A stretch of 64,000 bases of DNA from Pseudogymnoascus verrucosus (lineage: Eukaryota), in NCBI GenBank assembly GCA_001662655.1, contig KV460208.1. One strand, given 5' to 3'. The notes beneath the pieces are model-generated. The model was given only the letters and a program-made list of their open reading frames with translations, did no database searches and was not told where the DNA came from. Made by a program: the position numbers and the translations under genes. Positions 10,926 through 23,081 of the stretch are shown here, piece by piece (positions within the stretch are counted from its first letter, which is position 1; every line of letters begins with the position of its first letter).

Positions 10926-11747
10926 AGGGCGTCCATATACATCTTCCAGAACCCCATCTTGGTTTTCCACGACATCGAGGGGCCCGTCCGTGGCAATAAT
11001 GGCTGGGTCATGTAAATGCCCACCAGTAGAACCCTGAAAAGTCATCTTTACACAGTATTGATATGGATTCATGGAATACCTTAGCGAGGGTTTGATTGAT
11101 GGTTTACAACAGATTAATACGCGATGGTGTAGATTATAAAACGCCAATAGCTCGGCGTACGGAGGTACGGAGTACAAATTCGTTTTAGGTTAGTTAAAAT
11201 GACCATGGCCCCGAAATGGTTTAGCTTCAACTGCTTACGTGGGTTGTTCTCTCGTCCCCTGGGTCTGAGTACCCCTACTAGCGACGATTCGCACCTTCCG
11301 GCTTCCGACTGCCAATCACATCGAAATCCACAGGCATAACATTCAGCGTCATAACGCAAATTAAGAAGCCCCTTACTCCGGCCCGGCGAACGGGGAAAAA
11401 GATATCGCCCGCAGGCACCGAAAGCGCCGATGTGGACGATAACGATCATTTTTATTTTATTCTGTGGCTTTGGACGGAGCGTGAACGACGATGATTTGGG
11501 TACAGAGGGCTGAATAAATGGCGGCATGCTTACCTTACCTATCAGGGAACGAGGATGATGCGAGAGATGCTACAATACCGTTGTGAGCATTACAGCGGGT
11601 TTCTTTCCGGTAGCTGAATCGGCTTCTCTTTTCTGGCTGCAAAAGTATATAAGTACTTCCCTAACAATGCCGCCTCCTTCCTCTCTTCATCCCATCAATA
11701 GCTTGTCTTAATAATTTGATCACACATCCTTCTAAAAAAGCGTCACG

Positions 11748-12749
11748 ATGCCTTCTAAGTATGCCCCGGCTCACGCCTCTCCTGCTGGCACCGGCGATTC
11801 CCGCCCAACAGCACTTCAAATCATCAAGGACGAAAACCTGACGGGTGCCCTCGCTTCCAAGACCATTCTCATTACTGGCTGCTCCAGCGGCATTGGTATT
11901 GAGACGGCACACGCTCTAGCAACAACCGGTGCAAGGCTCTTTCTCACAGCCCGAGACACGGAGAAGGCACAGGAGGTCCTTAAAGACCTTCTTGCCCCCG
12001 GCCACATCGAATTGCTTCACCTAGACCTGACATCCCTTGCCAGTGTACGCTCCTGCGCGAAAGAATTCCTCCAGAAGAGCGAAGGAAAGCTGAATGTCTT
12101 GATCTGTAATGCTGGTGTCATGTGGATACCAACCCACACGCAAACTGTCGACGGCTTCGAATCCCAGTTTGGAATCAATCATCTCGCACACTTCCTGTTG
12201 TTTCAACTTATAAAGCCGGCACTCTTGTCTTCCATTACCCCAGATTTCAACTCCCGCGTCGTCGTGCTCTCGTCCGCGTCGCATCGCTCCTCGCCGATTC
12301 TCTTTGAGAACATCAACCTCGAAAATGGCGCCTACAACCCTTCAACTGCCTACTCTCAGAGCAAGACAGCCAATATATACATGGCAAATTCTATTGAACG
12401 GCACTATGGCGCGCAGGGCCTTCATGGACTCAGTCTCCACCCTGGAACCATTTTCACAGGTCTAGTTAGACATCTTGATAAGCAGATGTTGGCTATTTTA
12501 AGTAGTGACCAATTTAAGGCGATCATGAAAAGTCCAGAGCAAGGGGCAGCAACCACGGTATTTGCCGCTGTGGCACAAGAGTTGGAAGGGAAGGGTGCGC
12601 TTTATCTAGAGAACTGCATGGTTGCTGAGCCGCTGAAGCCGGAGCCGGGGATGCTTGATCCCGGATACGCAGTGCATGCATTTGATGAGGAGAAGGAGGA
12701 GAGGCTATGGAATGAATCATTAAAGATGGTTGGTTTGGATAGCAACTAG
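11748..12749 (+). CDS. Short-chain dehydrogenase/reductase (WWOX/retinol dehydrogenase-like)
   Basis: TGCSSGIG, NAG, YSQSK, LHPG motifs; intronless. Confidence 0.95.
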   Translation: MPSKYAPAHASPAGTGDSRPTALQIIKDENLTGALASKTILITGCSSGIGIETAHALATTGARLFLTARDTEKAQEVLKDLLAPGHIELLHLDLTSLASVRSCAKEFLQKSEGKLNVLICNAGVMWIPTHTQTVDGFESQFGINHLAHFLLFQLIKPALLSSITPDFNSRVVVLSSASHRSSPILFENINLENGAYNPSTAYSQSKTANIYMANSIERHYGAQGLHGLSLHPGTIFTGLVRHLDKQMLAILSSDQFKAIMKSPEQGAATTVFAAVAQELEGKGALYLENCMVAEPLKPEPGMLDPGYAVHAFDEEKEERLWNESLKMVGLDSN

Positions 12750-13098
12750 CATTAGGCATATCTAAAGAGAGGAGCTCACAATAGAGTAGTTAAGCCAAAA
12801 AACATTCTATTTCACAACACTAAGTATACGAGTAGGTGTTAGTGACAGATGCCACTGAATTTTACTAGTACAATACTAACCTATATTCAGCAATATCTAT
12901 TTAAAAGCTTCAAGATAATTTACTACTAAAGCACTAGAATTAAAATCTGTTGCCAGCATACATATAGCGACAATACCAATAAGGAACCACTTTTTGAAGA
13001 CCGAGGATTCCATAGGATTCCCGGGATCGGATGGAATCTGCGGTTCCGGATACACAGTGAAAAGGAAAGCCAATTATCATCCCACCCAATCTATCGAT

Positions 13099-14083
13099 TT
13101 ATAATATATACCCTTCTAATTCCTTACTTGTCCAATCCCACAGTCTCCTGGCTAGTTGCTCATTCCTTGCATCTGTCGACCCATCTGCTTTATTCCCAAC
13201 TGGAACATAATACCCGCCGCTCACAACATCCTTACTCGTCGCAGCCCACAATTGATTTAACACACCCTGTTCAACACTGACGCCAATTAAAGATCCGATA
13301 GTTGCCTCGAACATCCTCACCCAAAGATGTTTCCGCCTCATTGGCTTCGACAGACCCGTTTCGACCATCCCTGGATGCACCGAAACACAAGTAATCGACG
13401 GATATCGACGCGCAAGCTCCTGCGAATGCAGAATGTTTGCGAGTTTGGACTGCCCATATTTCGCGACGTTGCTTTCTTCTAGTTGGGGAGTGCGCAAGGT
13501 TTCGAATTTGATGCCTCCCTTTGGCGTCCAGGAGTGGGACAGAGAGGTCAATGTCACGATTCGCACATCTGCACCAGGAGTTTCTGCAGTTTCCAACAAC
13601 ATTGGAAGGAGTAATTTGGAGAGCAACGCATGGCCTAGGTGGTTGGTTCCAAACTGTATTTCATATCCGTCTTCGGTTACATCAGTGGGGACGGCCATGA
13701 TGCCAGCATTGTTGATCAGAATATCCAAGTGTGGTGAACTGGCCGAGAACTCTTTCGCGGCATTTTGGACTGACTCAAGCGACGCAAGATCGAGTTGAAG
13801 CAGATGTAATTTGACCCCTGGAACAGCGGCTTCTATCTCGGCAATAGCTACCCGCCCTTTTTCGAGCGAACGTGATGTGATGTAGATTGCCGTGGGATTG
13901 TGCTTTGCGAGTTGTAGGGCGGATTGCTTTCCTAGCCCATTGTTTCCTTAATTCTGAGGTCAGCGTTTATGATATCCACATTATGTTTACATTTATTGAG
14001 AATATACCGCCAGTGATCAAGACGACTTTCCCCGAGAGATCTTGGATGTCAGTGTCAGGGGTAAACCTCTTGCCATCGAACAT
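13099..14083 (-). CDS. Short-chain dehydrogenase/reductase (retinol dehydrogenase-like), 2 exons
   Basis: MFDGKRFTPDTDIQDLSGKVVLITGG|intron ~14007-13948|NNGLGK...NNAG...YGQSK...VHPG. Confidence 0.9.
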
Positions 14084-14206
14084 TGCGAGAGAGACTTCTT
14101 CAGGCGGAATTTCAAACGGTGTGAAGGAGAAAGAAACAAAAAGCCAACACTAATTGAATCACTAGAGAACAGGCAAGCCGCTGAGTTTATAACGCCTTTT
14201 GATACC

Positions 14207-14385
14207 GTGGTCGTCGCCACAAAGAACGAGCCCTGGCATGAAATGGAGGCTAAACCATTTCAGGGCAGTGATCTTTTTCGACTAAACGTAAATGGGGTGG
14301 TCGTCGCCACGAAGAACGAGCCCTGGGATGAAATGGAGGCTAAACCATTTCAGGGCAGTGATCTTTTTCGACTAACGTAAATGAG
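14207..14385. repeat. 90-bp tandem duplication (2 copies) upstream of the SDR
   Basis: GTGGTCGTCGCCAC...GATCTTTTTCGACTAA(A)CGTAAATG at 14207 and 14297, about 3 differences. Confidence 0.95.
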
Positions 14386-14663
14386 GCTAGAGCCTGCTAG
14401 CAAGCTTTTCATTTCCCTTCTCTAAGTTTGCTAGAGTTCCCGCTATGACATGGGTACTGTACGTCGGTTTGCTGAGCCAGATGCACAATATTATGCCTAG
14501 CTTTTCCTAATTCAGTCCATTATGGAGTTCAAACAAACATTGAAGTGGGGTGCATTACTAGAGAAAATATCCTTACTAGCGTAGAGAGTGGTTGCTTGCT
14601 AGTTGAAGGGGATAAGCGAATGTAGAGGGGATAAGCGAATGTAGATTGGCTAAATTTAGCCGA

Positions 14664-14921
14664 ACGTTTAAACAGCATCTAAATATAGAGTATGCAGACG
14701 TCTCCTTGTCTAACTTAGGATATAGTAGTAGAGCACGGCTGTTAGCACACAATTGAAGTCAAAACTGTTTGTACGTTAATTAGATAGGTTTAGAATCCCA
14801 TCTAATTAACGTATAAATAGTTTTGACTTTAATCGTGTGCTAACAGCTGTGCTCTACTACCGTATCCTAAGTTGGACGAAGAGACGTCTGTATACTCTAT
14901 ATTTAGATGCTGTCTGAACGT
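14664..14921. repeat. 258-bp near-perfect palindrome (fold-back/MITE-like or hairpin-RNA locus)
   Basis: Left arm ACGTTTAAACAGCATCTAAATATAGAG... is the reverse complement of the right arm ...CTCTATATTTAGATGCTGTCTGAACGT; centre ~14792; about 15 mismatches, almost all transitions. Confidence 0.95.
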
Positions 14922-15563
14922 GCGGGCTCATCCTACGCAGGTAGATGGCCATTATGCTGCGCAGTATCTTAGAACTCCACAGTTGACTTGTAGCCAACGA
15001 AGCTAAGTAATATCGACAAATCTACCCGGCTAATAGCATTTCCTTCTAACCCCCAGCTCTAGCACAACTCCAACAGCCGTGTTACAGTACCGATCTTCAT
15101 GCCTAGATTCAGGGGTGCAGCGGCGTCTCCGACGCGTGCATGGGTCGTTCGAGATTACCATTACCTCGTCAATCGCCACGTTGTAATTAGCCAATGCCCT
15201 GGGAGGCCGTCTTGATACGCATTCGGCCGAACCCGCTAAGGCCATGGTTTCTACCGGACCTGTGGTTGTGTTGGTGTTGTTAAACTTCCCCGCTCCAGAC
15301 TTCCCCCGCAAATGCCTCACACGCCGCAAATTTTGGGACACCAGATCCCACCTCTTCGTACTTTCGTAGAAGCGGTGGCACACTAAAACGTCAATTTTAG
15401 CAAAGCGTTAATCAGGCACCCACTAACAAATTTGTATGGTAGCTATTTGCTCCATTACCCCATATATTTAGTCAGGGCCTCCCCACGGTTTCCCTAGTAT
15501 TTCCTTCTGCATCCTCACCTCATTGCCCCACCCACCATCAACTTCGAAAGCACAGCTGCGAAG

Positions 15564-17234
15564 ATGACTGCTGCAGACCACGACATTGAGAAAAGGAACG
15601 TAGGCAAAGGCACAGAGCAGTCCACCCACGACTCCGCAGGCGAGAAACCTTTCTATACACATGAAGAAGGGAATTTCCAGGATGGGGCGGCGCGAGGCCA
15701 TGCTGCGACTGACGAGCGAGTCCCCATTCCTCCTTTATCTTTCCAAGACAGAAGCTTACACTTACAGACATGGCCGACCACTGGTAGAGTTTGACAAAGC
15801 CGCCGAACGTAAGCTCCGCCTGAAGATCGATTTGTATATCGTTCCAACCGTTGCTCTCCTCTACCTGTTCTGTTTCATTGATCGTGCAAACATTGGTTAA
15901 TCTCATCTAAAGCGGGCTCTGATTTTTTCTGACTGATGACAGGCAATGCAAGGCTGGCGGGATTCGAGAAGGACCTTGGCTTAAAGGGCCATGACTATAA
16001 TATTGTCCTCTCTGTCTTCTATATTTCGTACATCCTCTTCGAGATCCCTTCCAACATGGCCTGCAAATGGGTTGGCCCTGGATGGTTCATCCCTGCTATC
16101 TCGCTCGGTTTCGGAATTGCCTCTATCTGCACTGCCTTCGTTACCAACATGTCGACGGCCAGCATCGTCCGTTTCATCCTCGGCGCTTTCGAGGCCGGTA
16201 TGATGCCAGGCATCGCCTATTACTTGTCCAGATGGTATCGACGAAGCGAACTGGCTTTCCGCTTAGCGCTCTATATTGTCATGGCCCCTCTCGCAGGTGC
16301 CTTTGGTGGTCTCCTCGCTTCTGCTATCCTACGACTCCCAAATTTTGGTGGTCTACACACGTGGCGGATGATCTTTGCGATTGAAGGCATCATCACGTGT
16401 GCTCTTTCTCTCGTTGCATTCATCACTTTGACTGATCGCCCTGAGACTGCAAGGTGGCTTACCCAGGAAGAGAAAGTCCTTGCAATTGCTCGTGTCAAGT
16501 CCGAACGTGTCGGAGCAACCGAAGTTTTGGACAAAATGGACTGGGCTAAGACCTTACGAGGTATCTTCAATCCTGTTACTCTCGCCACTTCTTTCATCTT
16601 CCTCCTCGACAACGTCACCGTCCAAGGCCTCGCATTCTTCGCCCCTACCATCGTTAAAACCATCTACCCTAGGGAAACAGTGATGTCTCAACAACTCCGG
16701 ACCGTTCCCCCCTACATAGTCGGCGCCTTCTTCACGGTCCTCTTCCCCTGGCTAAGTTGGAGATTTGACCGTCGCAACATATTCTTCATCTGCTGCGCAC
16801 CTCTCATGATGGCCGGCTACATTATGTTCCTCGCCAGCACCAACGTTCATGTCAGATATGTTGCAACCTTCATTATCGCCAGTGGCTCCTACTCCTTCGG
16901 AGCTCTCTGCAACGCCCAAAGCGCCGCAAACGTCATTTCTGACACAGCCAGAGGTTCCGCAATCGGCACCACTGTCATGTTCGGCAACATCGGCGGTCTG
17001 ATTTCGACCTGGTCATTCATGTCATCGGATGCTCCTAATTTCCCTATCGGCAACGGTCTCAATCTCGCAACCTCATCGGCCATTATCGCCTCATCGATTT
17101 TGTTGGGCATCTGGATGAAGAGGGATAATATGAGAAGAAGCAATAAGGATATCGATTCTGAACTTGCTAGCCTTAGCCAGAAGGAGATCCAGGATCTCGA
17201 CTGGAAGCATCCGGTGTTCAGATGGAAGCCGTAG
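15564..17234 (+). CDS. MFS transporter, anion:cation symporter (allantoate/nicotinate permease-like), 3 exons
   Basis: ERKLRLKID...FIDRANIG|NARLAG, RFILGAFEAG, WYRRSELAFR, WRMIFAIEGIIT. Introns 15716-15767 (GC-AG) and ~15896-15942. Confidence 0.9.
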
Positions 17235-17523
17235 AAGAGGGGTTAGGCCGGATTAGCCTTGCCTTTAATGGTGTGGATTGTATGGAAACTATTTAACAAT
17301 TTAATCAGATAAGGCAATTTCAATATTTGAATCATGACCATGTGTGCGTCACCAATTTTGCTAAATAAGATTTCCTCTGGTGAGTATCTGAGTGAGTGAG
17401 GACTGACATGCATGCAAGTTGCCAGGAGCCATTTGCTAGTGGCAGTGATTTGGGCTTAATTGTCTTGGCCGAGGATTGGGACTAGAGGCGTGTTATCATA
17501 CATTCCACGGCATGAACCGGTCA

Positions 17524-17770
17524 TGATTGCCGTCATTGTACTACTGGTACTGATACATTCACTCTAGCATTTCAGCTCGTCCGGATCTTGGGGACGGTTG
17601 TCTGTGTCGGACTTGCTATGTCTAAATTGCCGGTCTCCCCATTTACAGTTGCCATAAAAGGTCTGAAGCTGATTGGAGATTCAGCTGGGACCGAAGCGGA
17701 AATGGAGGAGCTGCTGGAGATGGCGGTTAGGGGGGATGTGGTGACGATTCTCGAGGTGAAGGAGTCGTAG
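17524..17770 (+). pseudogene. C-terminal fragment of a zinc-type (MDR) alcohol dehydrogenase
   Basis: CTTGTDTFTLAFQLVRILGTVVCVGL...KGLKLIGDSAGTEAEMEELLEMAVRGDV; upstream frameshift and no N-terminal domain nearby. Confidence 0.65.
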
Positions 17771-18140
17771 GTCGCGGTTACTTTAAAGCTTTTGATGCCC
17801 CTTCATTTTCTCAAGAGCTCTCTTAGGATTAAGACGAACCAAGCCTGTTTTGCACTTTTGGCGATTCGGCGTGGATCTCCTGGAAGGACGAGAAAAGGTC
17901 GACTTTTGATACTTCCCTCGCACCCGTAATCACCTCCTTTTAACCGCTTTTAAAAGTTATACTTAAGCATTTAAAAGACACCTACATAAAGAGGTCATAG
18001 AAGGTGCATTATATGAGGAAGTTGAAACGGTCGTATTCGGTGCTCCCAACAGTAGTCGAGGAAAGGTTGACTCAAGTATAGGAATAAAGGAAATAAGGGC
18101 CTAGGGAAGCTATATATATTGTGTGTTAAGATAGCTAAGT

Positions 18141-19718
18141 TTAAGCAGCAGAAGCAAAGCTAGATGCACAACTATAGCTAGCAGCAGATTTCGGGTCGCC
18201 ATTGCCGTTATAGCGAGAGACCAACGGATACCGACAGATATTCTTGGTGACAGTTGCACCGCTGGCATCAGTGGTCGCGGCAGCTAACGTTTCCGGAGCA
18301 GTTCCCTTTTCTACCCAAGCGACAAGGGCATCGAGCGGGTCCATTGGCACTGGTCCTGACCCCATCCCACAATGGCCAACTCCTGGGGCAAAGAACACAC
18401 GATAAAATTTGTCCACAGCGGACCTGCCACCCATGGCCCTTTCAACCCATTGACGGTATTTCAATGTACCATCTGGAAAGATTAGAGGATCAGACAGACC
18501 GTGCCAAGTAATCATTTTACCACCTGTAGCAGAGAACGCAGATAGGTCGGGGTTGTTTGTACCAATGACTCTCTCGTATTCCGAGTTAGACTGAGCGAAC
18601 AGCAGCGAATAATCCAAATATGTAATGGCAGAAGTGTTGAAATTGGGATTTCGCTTGAGAAAATACCTGATCCAGGAATCCGAAATAGGGAACGGGGCAC
18701 CAATAGTTGTCCTATTAGGACCAGGTACAGTCAAGGCGATGCCATTGAATGGAGTACCGACTTTCAAACCGTACCAAAGCTGTTGTCCAAGTATATTTGT
18801 AGGGCCATCGAGGATCTTGGAGACGACGTCAGCCATGGCGTGTGTAATAGTGACTTCGGTGCTGTCACAGGTGACTGTTGACCCAACCAGCTTGTAAGGA
18901 TCAAACGCGCAATTTTCAGGATCGCCAATGACGCCATCTTTAACCCCATCTAGCATATCGCATTGCAAAATGCTATCAGCAGTAAATGTATCAAATATAC
19001 ACTGAGTCGGGAAAGTCTTCTTTTGTTCCATAACAACTTGCGGCCATTGCTCGGCCATAATAAAGCTCGGCCAATTGATAGCAGGGGAGATGGCAAGGAT
19101 GCCATTGTAGTCTGCGGGGTACTTCTGAGCCTCCATTAGACCTTGTCTACCTCCAGTAGAGCACCCGTTCCAGTAGGAATAGCTAGGACTTCTGCCATAG
19201 AATTGCGCGGTTACAGCTTTACCAACAACGGCCATATCATGCAGAGAGCGCGACGCAAAGTTCGTCAAGAGACCCGAATTGACAGTGCCATTGCTGTCGA
19301 GCGCCCACGCGGATGGATCTATCACATTGTTCGCATGGCCTCCGTCGGTCGTTGCGCCCGAGTAGCCAGCCCCAGCTGCGGCAGCAAGTGCAATGCTACC
19401 AGAACCAGTTGCCCACCCGCCGCCTCCAGTACCTTGAAAGCGGCCATTCCAGCCTTCAAGTGGCAGCCAGACTTCGACAAGAACATTATCGTTTACCCCA
19501 GAGTGCGTAAGGTTGACATTGACGTTACAGACATTCAGGCCGGAAACACCGGTGGGAAGAAGGATTGGAAAGGGCGGTATAGTAATATTTAGCATCTCCG
19601 TACCAATAACTGAGAGGACAGTGGCACCTGGTACAGCAGGAGCGGTGATAGATGCACAGGGTATAGCTGCTGCTACACTGGCGAAGAGAATAACGGCAGT
19701 CAATGGTAAGAATGCCAT
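18141..19718 (-). CDS. Secreted tannase/feruloyl esterase family protein
   Basis: Signal peptide; WNGRFQGTGGGG, TDGGH, nucleophile GCSTGGRQG, WHGLSD, PGVGHC, WVEKG. Confidence 0.95.
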   Translation of the reverse strand: MAFLPLTAVILFASVAAAIPCASITAPAVPGATVLSVIGTEMLNITIPPFPILLPTGVSGLNVCNVNVNLTHSGVNDNVLVEVWLPLEGWNGRFQGTGGGGWATGSGSIALAAAAGAGYSGATTDGGHANNVIDPSAWALDSNGTVNSGLLTNFASRSLHDMAVVGKAVTAQFYGRSPSYSYWNGCSTGGRQGLMEAQKYPADYNGILAISPAINWPSFIMAEQWPQVVMEQKKTFPTQCIFDTFTADSILQCDMLDGVKDGVIGDPENCAFDPYKLVGSTVTCDSTEVTITHAMADVVSKILDGPTNILGQQLWYGLKVGTPFNGIALTVPGPNRTTIGAPFPISDSWIRYFLKRNPNFNTSAITYLDYSLLFAQSNSEYERVIGTNNPDLSAFSATGGKMITWHGLSDPLIFPDGTLKYRQWVERAMGGRSAVDKFYRVFFAPGVGHCGMGSGPVPMDPLDALVAWVEKGTAPETLAAATTDASGATVTKNICRYPLVSRYNGNGDPKSAASYSCASSFASAA

Positions 19719-20699
19719 CCTGAGACGAGATCCAGTGATGGCAGAGAATAAAAATTGGGTTTAAGCTGGGAGTAACACAGTAGATGCCCAGAGAGACCGA
19801 AGAGATATATATTCGACATTATTGAGTGCTGATGATCCCTCAGCAACGTGGACCAACTTTTGCCGACTGTGACTACCGCGTTAATCCCCTGTAGTTTCCG
19901 TCGTTTTTAATGAAACACGGGGGATAAAGAGTCCGAGGAGTACTTATGCAAGGGTGGATGCATAGAGCGGCGGATGCGGGTCGTTAAGTTTTTCTAATAA
20001 CAGAAATAATCATTTCCTATTGGTGTTTGGAGAAGCCGACATCCATCTCCGGCCCTGGGGGAAATTTATGGCTTCTAAAAGGCGGGGAAAATCGCCCTTG
20101 CAATCCGTCCATTTTAACTAGCAGCACTAAACGAGGAATTCTCTTAGCCCCACTAAAACATCCTCTTACTACTAGCCTAAATTATATTAGTTGTACAGAT
20201 CTAATGGGTAAACACGCTTTCTATATCAACAGGGGAGGTTTCTTTTTTATAGTCTACTTGCTATTAAAAAAGTATGCAGCCGCCGTAACGGTATCGGGGT
20301 GCTGAGAAAAATGTATCGTGTATTTCTGTCTGATTACGTGAATCCCAGTTTTAGGTAACTCGCACAATGTGTCACGTGCATGTTGGACAAACGGCGATTG
20401 GGGAGAAGCGATTGCGGGCCGAGCCGGTGTTTGACGGAATGGCTAGCTCTTGCGTACCTTTCAGTTCGACCCAAGGTTTGCGGGGGGTCGTACTGCCACG
20501 TCAATCATCCAAAGGATGTGGCACCAGGACTCCTACACAATATAGGACGTTATTATTGGGAAAAAGGTCAACAAGAACGCGTATTTCAAATATCAAGGTA
20601 CGGATCTCGACACAAGCCAGCAAACGGACCAGACGTTCTAACATCATCGAAAAAGGAAAGCCGTTAGTCCACTTTCTCGGTAAGTCGCGATGAGACCTT

Positions 20700-21682
20700 T
20701 TGACCCCTCATTCAAGCGACAATTCCGTGGCACGAGAATGCTGACCAGTCCTCAGGGAGCGATGTCAGCAAAGCCGCTTGGCAAAAGTTTAAACAAGATT
20801 TGGAGGTTGAAATCCTCCTCATACCAGGATTTAACACCGTTGCACCATCGCCATCATTCTTTAACACTTACTCGTCACTGGTATGCAAAGCACTGTAGAT
20901 ATGTGGACATAGTTTTCTGACGCAAAGCTAGGATGGCATCTTCAGTTGGAACTCCTGGCCTTCCGAAGGCTAGGGAAAAATTATTGTGCCCACAACGGAC
21001 GACCAAACCTTCCTGGACGCGGCCAAGAGCGCAAACAAGCTATTCATGATGGATATGTCACACAAATGGTCTTATGGGCGATTTTCACAACACACATATT
21101 CATCTCAAAGGCATCTCCTCCGAATTCTTATACGCCCGCTTTGCATGGACAATCTTCCGTTTCCTATCATCATTTCTCAACGCCCACATCACGAGGGCGT
21201 TGCTGGTTCGTCTTCCCGACGGCCAAGAAATGGCGAAACAGGTTACCTTCGAGGAAATAAAAGCGCAATCTCTGTCGAGAAGTCGAAGCGTCAGTCCTAG
21301 AAAGCGCCAGATGACCATTTCCGATGGAGGACAGCACACCACGAAGCGATTATGCCTCGACCATAGATTTGGGGGCACTAGTCGGCAAGGCACCCAAGCT
21401 CGCACCCTGTTGACATATACAGGTACGTCTCTGCCGAGTGTGAGCTCGCCCGAAATCCTCGAACAGTCGGATTTGGATATGCAGACGTTGGTTCGAAGCC
21501 GCCGTTCAAGTGATCCCTCATTATACTGTTGCGACTATAACAAGGCCAAGAAAGAGTCTAGAGAGGGGATGCCGGGTAAGCCGGAGTTTGGGGGTGCATA
21601 TGTTTGTGACCAGTGTAGGGGTGTGGAATACCGCGAGGATAGGGATAAGGATGTGGAAGATGTTTTCTTTGATCCGGAATGA
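20700..21682 (+). pseudogene. Degraded fungal HNH-endonuclease-family gene (C-terminal part still open)
   Basis: FHNTHIHLKGISSEFLYARFAWTIF resembles the conserved segment after the HNH core, followed by RSRSVSPRKR. Upstream frames contain stops and no HNH core is visible. Confidence 0.55.
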
Positions 21683-23081
21683 TTTCTGTTCGTTTGACAT
21701 CCGCATAAGCAACAAGCAGTACAACATGGCAAATTAGAAGAATGTGTACCCCTTGCCAGTTGCCCATGCCCGGACTCAGATTTAAGAGATGGGTACGAAG
21801 AGCACCAGGGCCAAAGACCCAGGCGGCGCATGATGTAATTCTCGACGATGTATGCTAATCCCAACTTCGTGGTGCCACTGCGTAGGCCGTCGTCGACGAT
21901 GGCGGGTCTGGTGTGGCAGGTAGGACGGCGGACGCTTGGAGATGGAAGAGAGCGGCAGGCGTTTAGGACATCGCAGCTGCTGGCGGCGTTTAAAGCACTG
22001 GGGGTGGAAGGGTACGGGCAGGAAGAGTACTGGTTGGCAGGCAAGGCGAGCGTAGGGCTGAAGGGGTTCGTGGGGTTGTGGGAGCGAGGACTGAAAATGC
22101 CGGAGGATATGCGCAAGAAGAGTCTAAACGAGGCGGAATCGCTGATGGCTGGCTAAGCTAGGAGTGGGCTGGAAGGGATCAAGGGGATGACAGTAAGGAG
22201 GAGGCTGACGGAGAGGGTGGGCGAGCCGCAGCGGTTGCTCCAAGGCGGAGTGGCATGGCGGCGTTTGTTAAAAATAGCGATGATGGGCAGAATGAGGTAG
22301 GAAGTCAGAGATTGAGTTCGGTGATTGTCATCAATGACAGCAGCTTCGTGCCCTCAGAGAAGTGCGTCATGGGTTTTGATGACGGGAGTCGGCAGGGAGA
22401 GGTCGGCGATGACAGTGTGGGAAGCTAGGGCGCCTGTCACTCATTCTGTGTATATGTGCATCCCAGAAGTAGACGCCTTGGTCACATCATTGGTCTCTTC
22501 AACTGTTTTTTGTGGGGTCGATAACTTAGTGAACTACAGGAATCTTGTCCTGAGCGGAAAAGGATTACCGAAGGATGGTTTGGGGCCACAGCAGGGGATT
22601 GCAGGGTTTGATGCAAGGGTTGCAGTCGGTTTAAAGCGACGTGGGGGGGGATGGGATGGATGAGGAGATTAATGGAAAAGGATAAGATATTTGCAGGGAA
22701 TGAGAGTTTCGATCGTCGCACATGATGGTGCTGAGACTTAGTAGGTGATTCGAAAAATGGAAATATCCGCGATACGCGATCGGGGCGCACTAAAAAATTA
22801 AAGGCGACGAGGAGAGGATAATGCCGGCAATGCGAGCCCGATCGGAGACGTGTGGCGTGGCGTGTGTGGTGTTGGCACAGATGTCGACGTTGAGCTTAGA
22901 TTGCCCGATCGCGTCGCGCTGTTTTCTTCAGTCAATCACGTGACATCCGAGCAAAGAGCTTCGGGCCGAAGGCGGCGATTAGGGGTAAATAAGCAAGTCG
23001 TAATTTTAACACTACTGCATGCCACGAAGACTCTATTTTGCGGGGAAAGCCATATCGTGGTCTTGGCGCTCATATCAAATA

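Noticed and set aside
10701..11177. 158-aa ORF as a stand-alone gene
   Set aside because: It reads through an intron (GTAAGT at ~10882); the conserved motifs continue in another frame.
21535..22790. Overlapping ORFs on both strands
   Set aside because: Coding-like skew suggests a decayed minus-strand gene, but no frame gave a family I could recognise.
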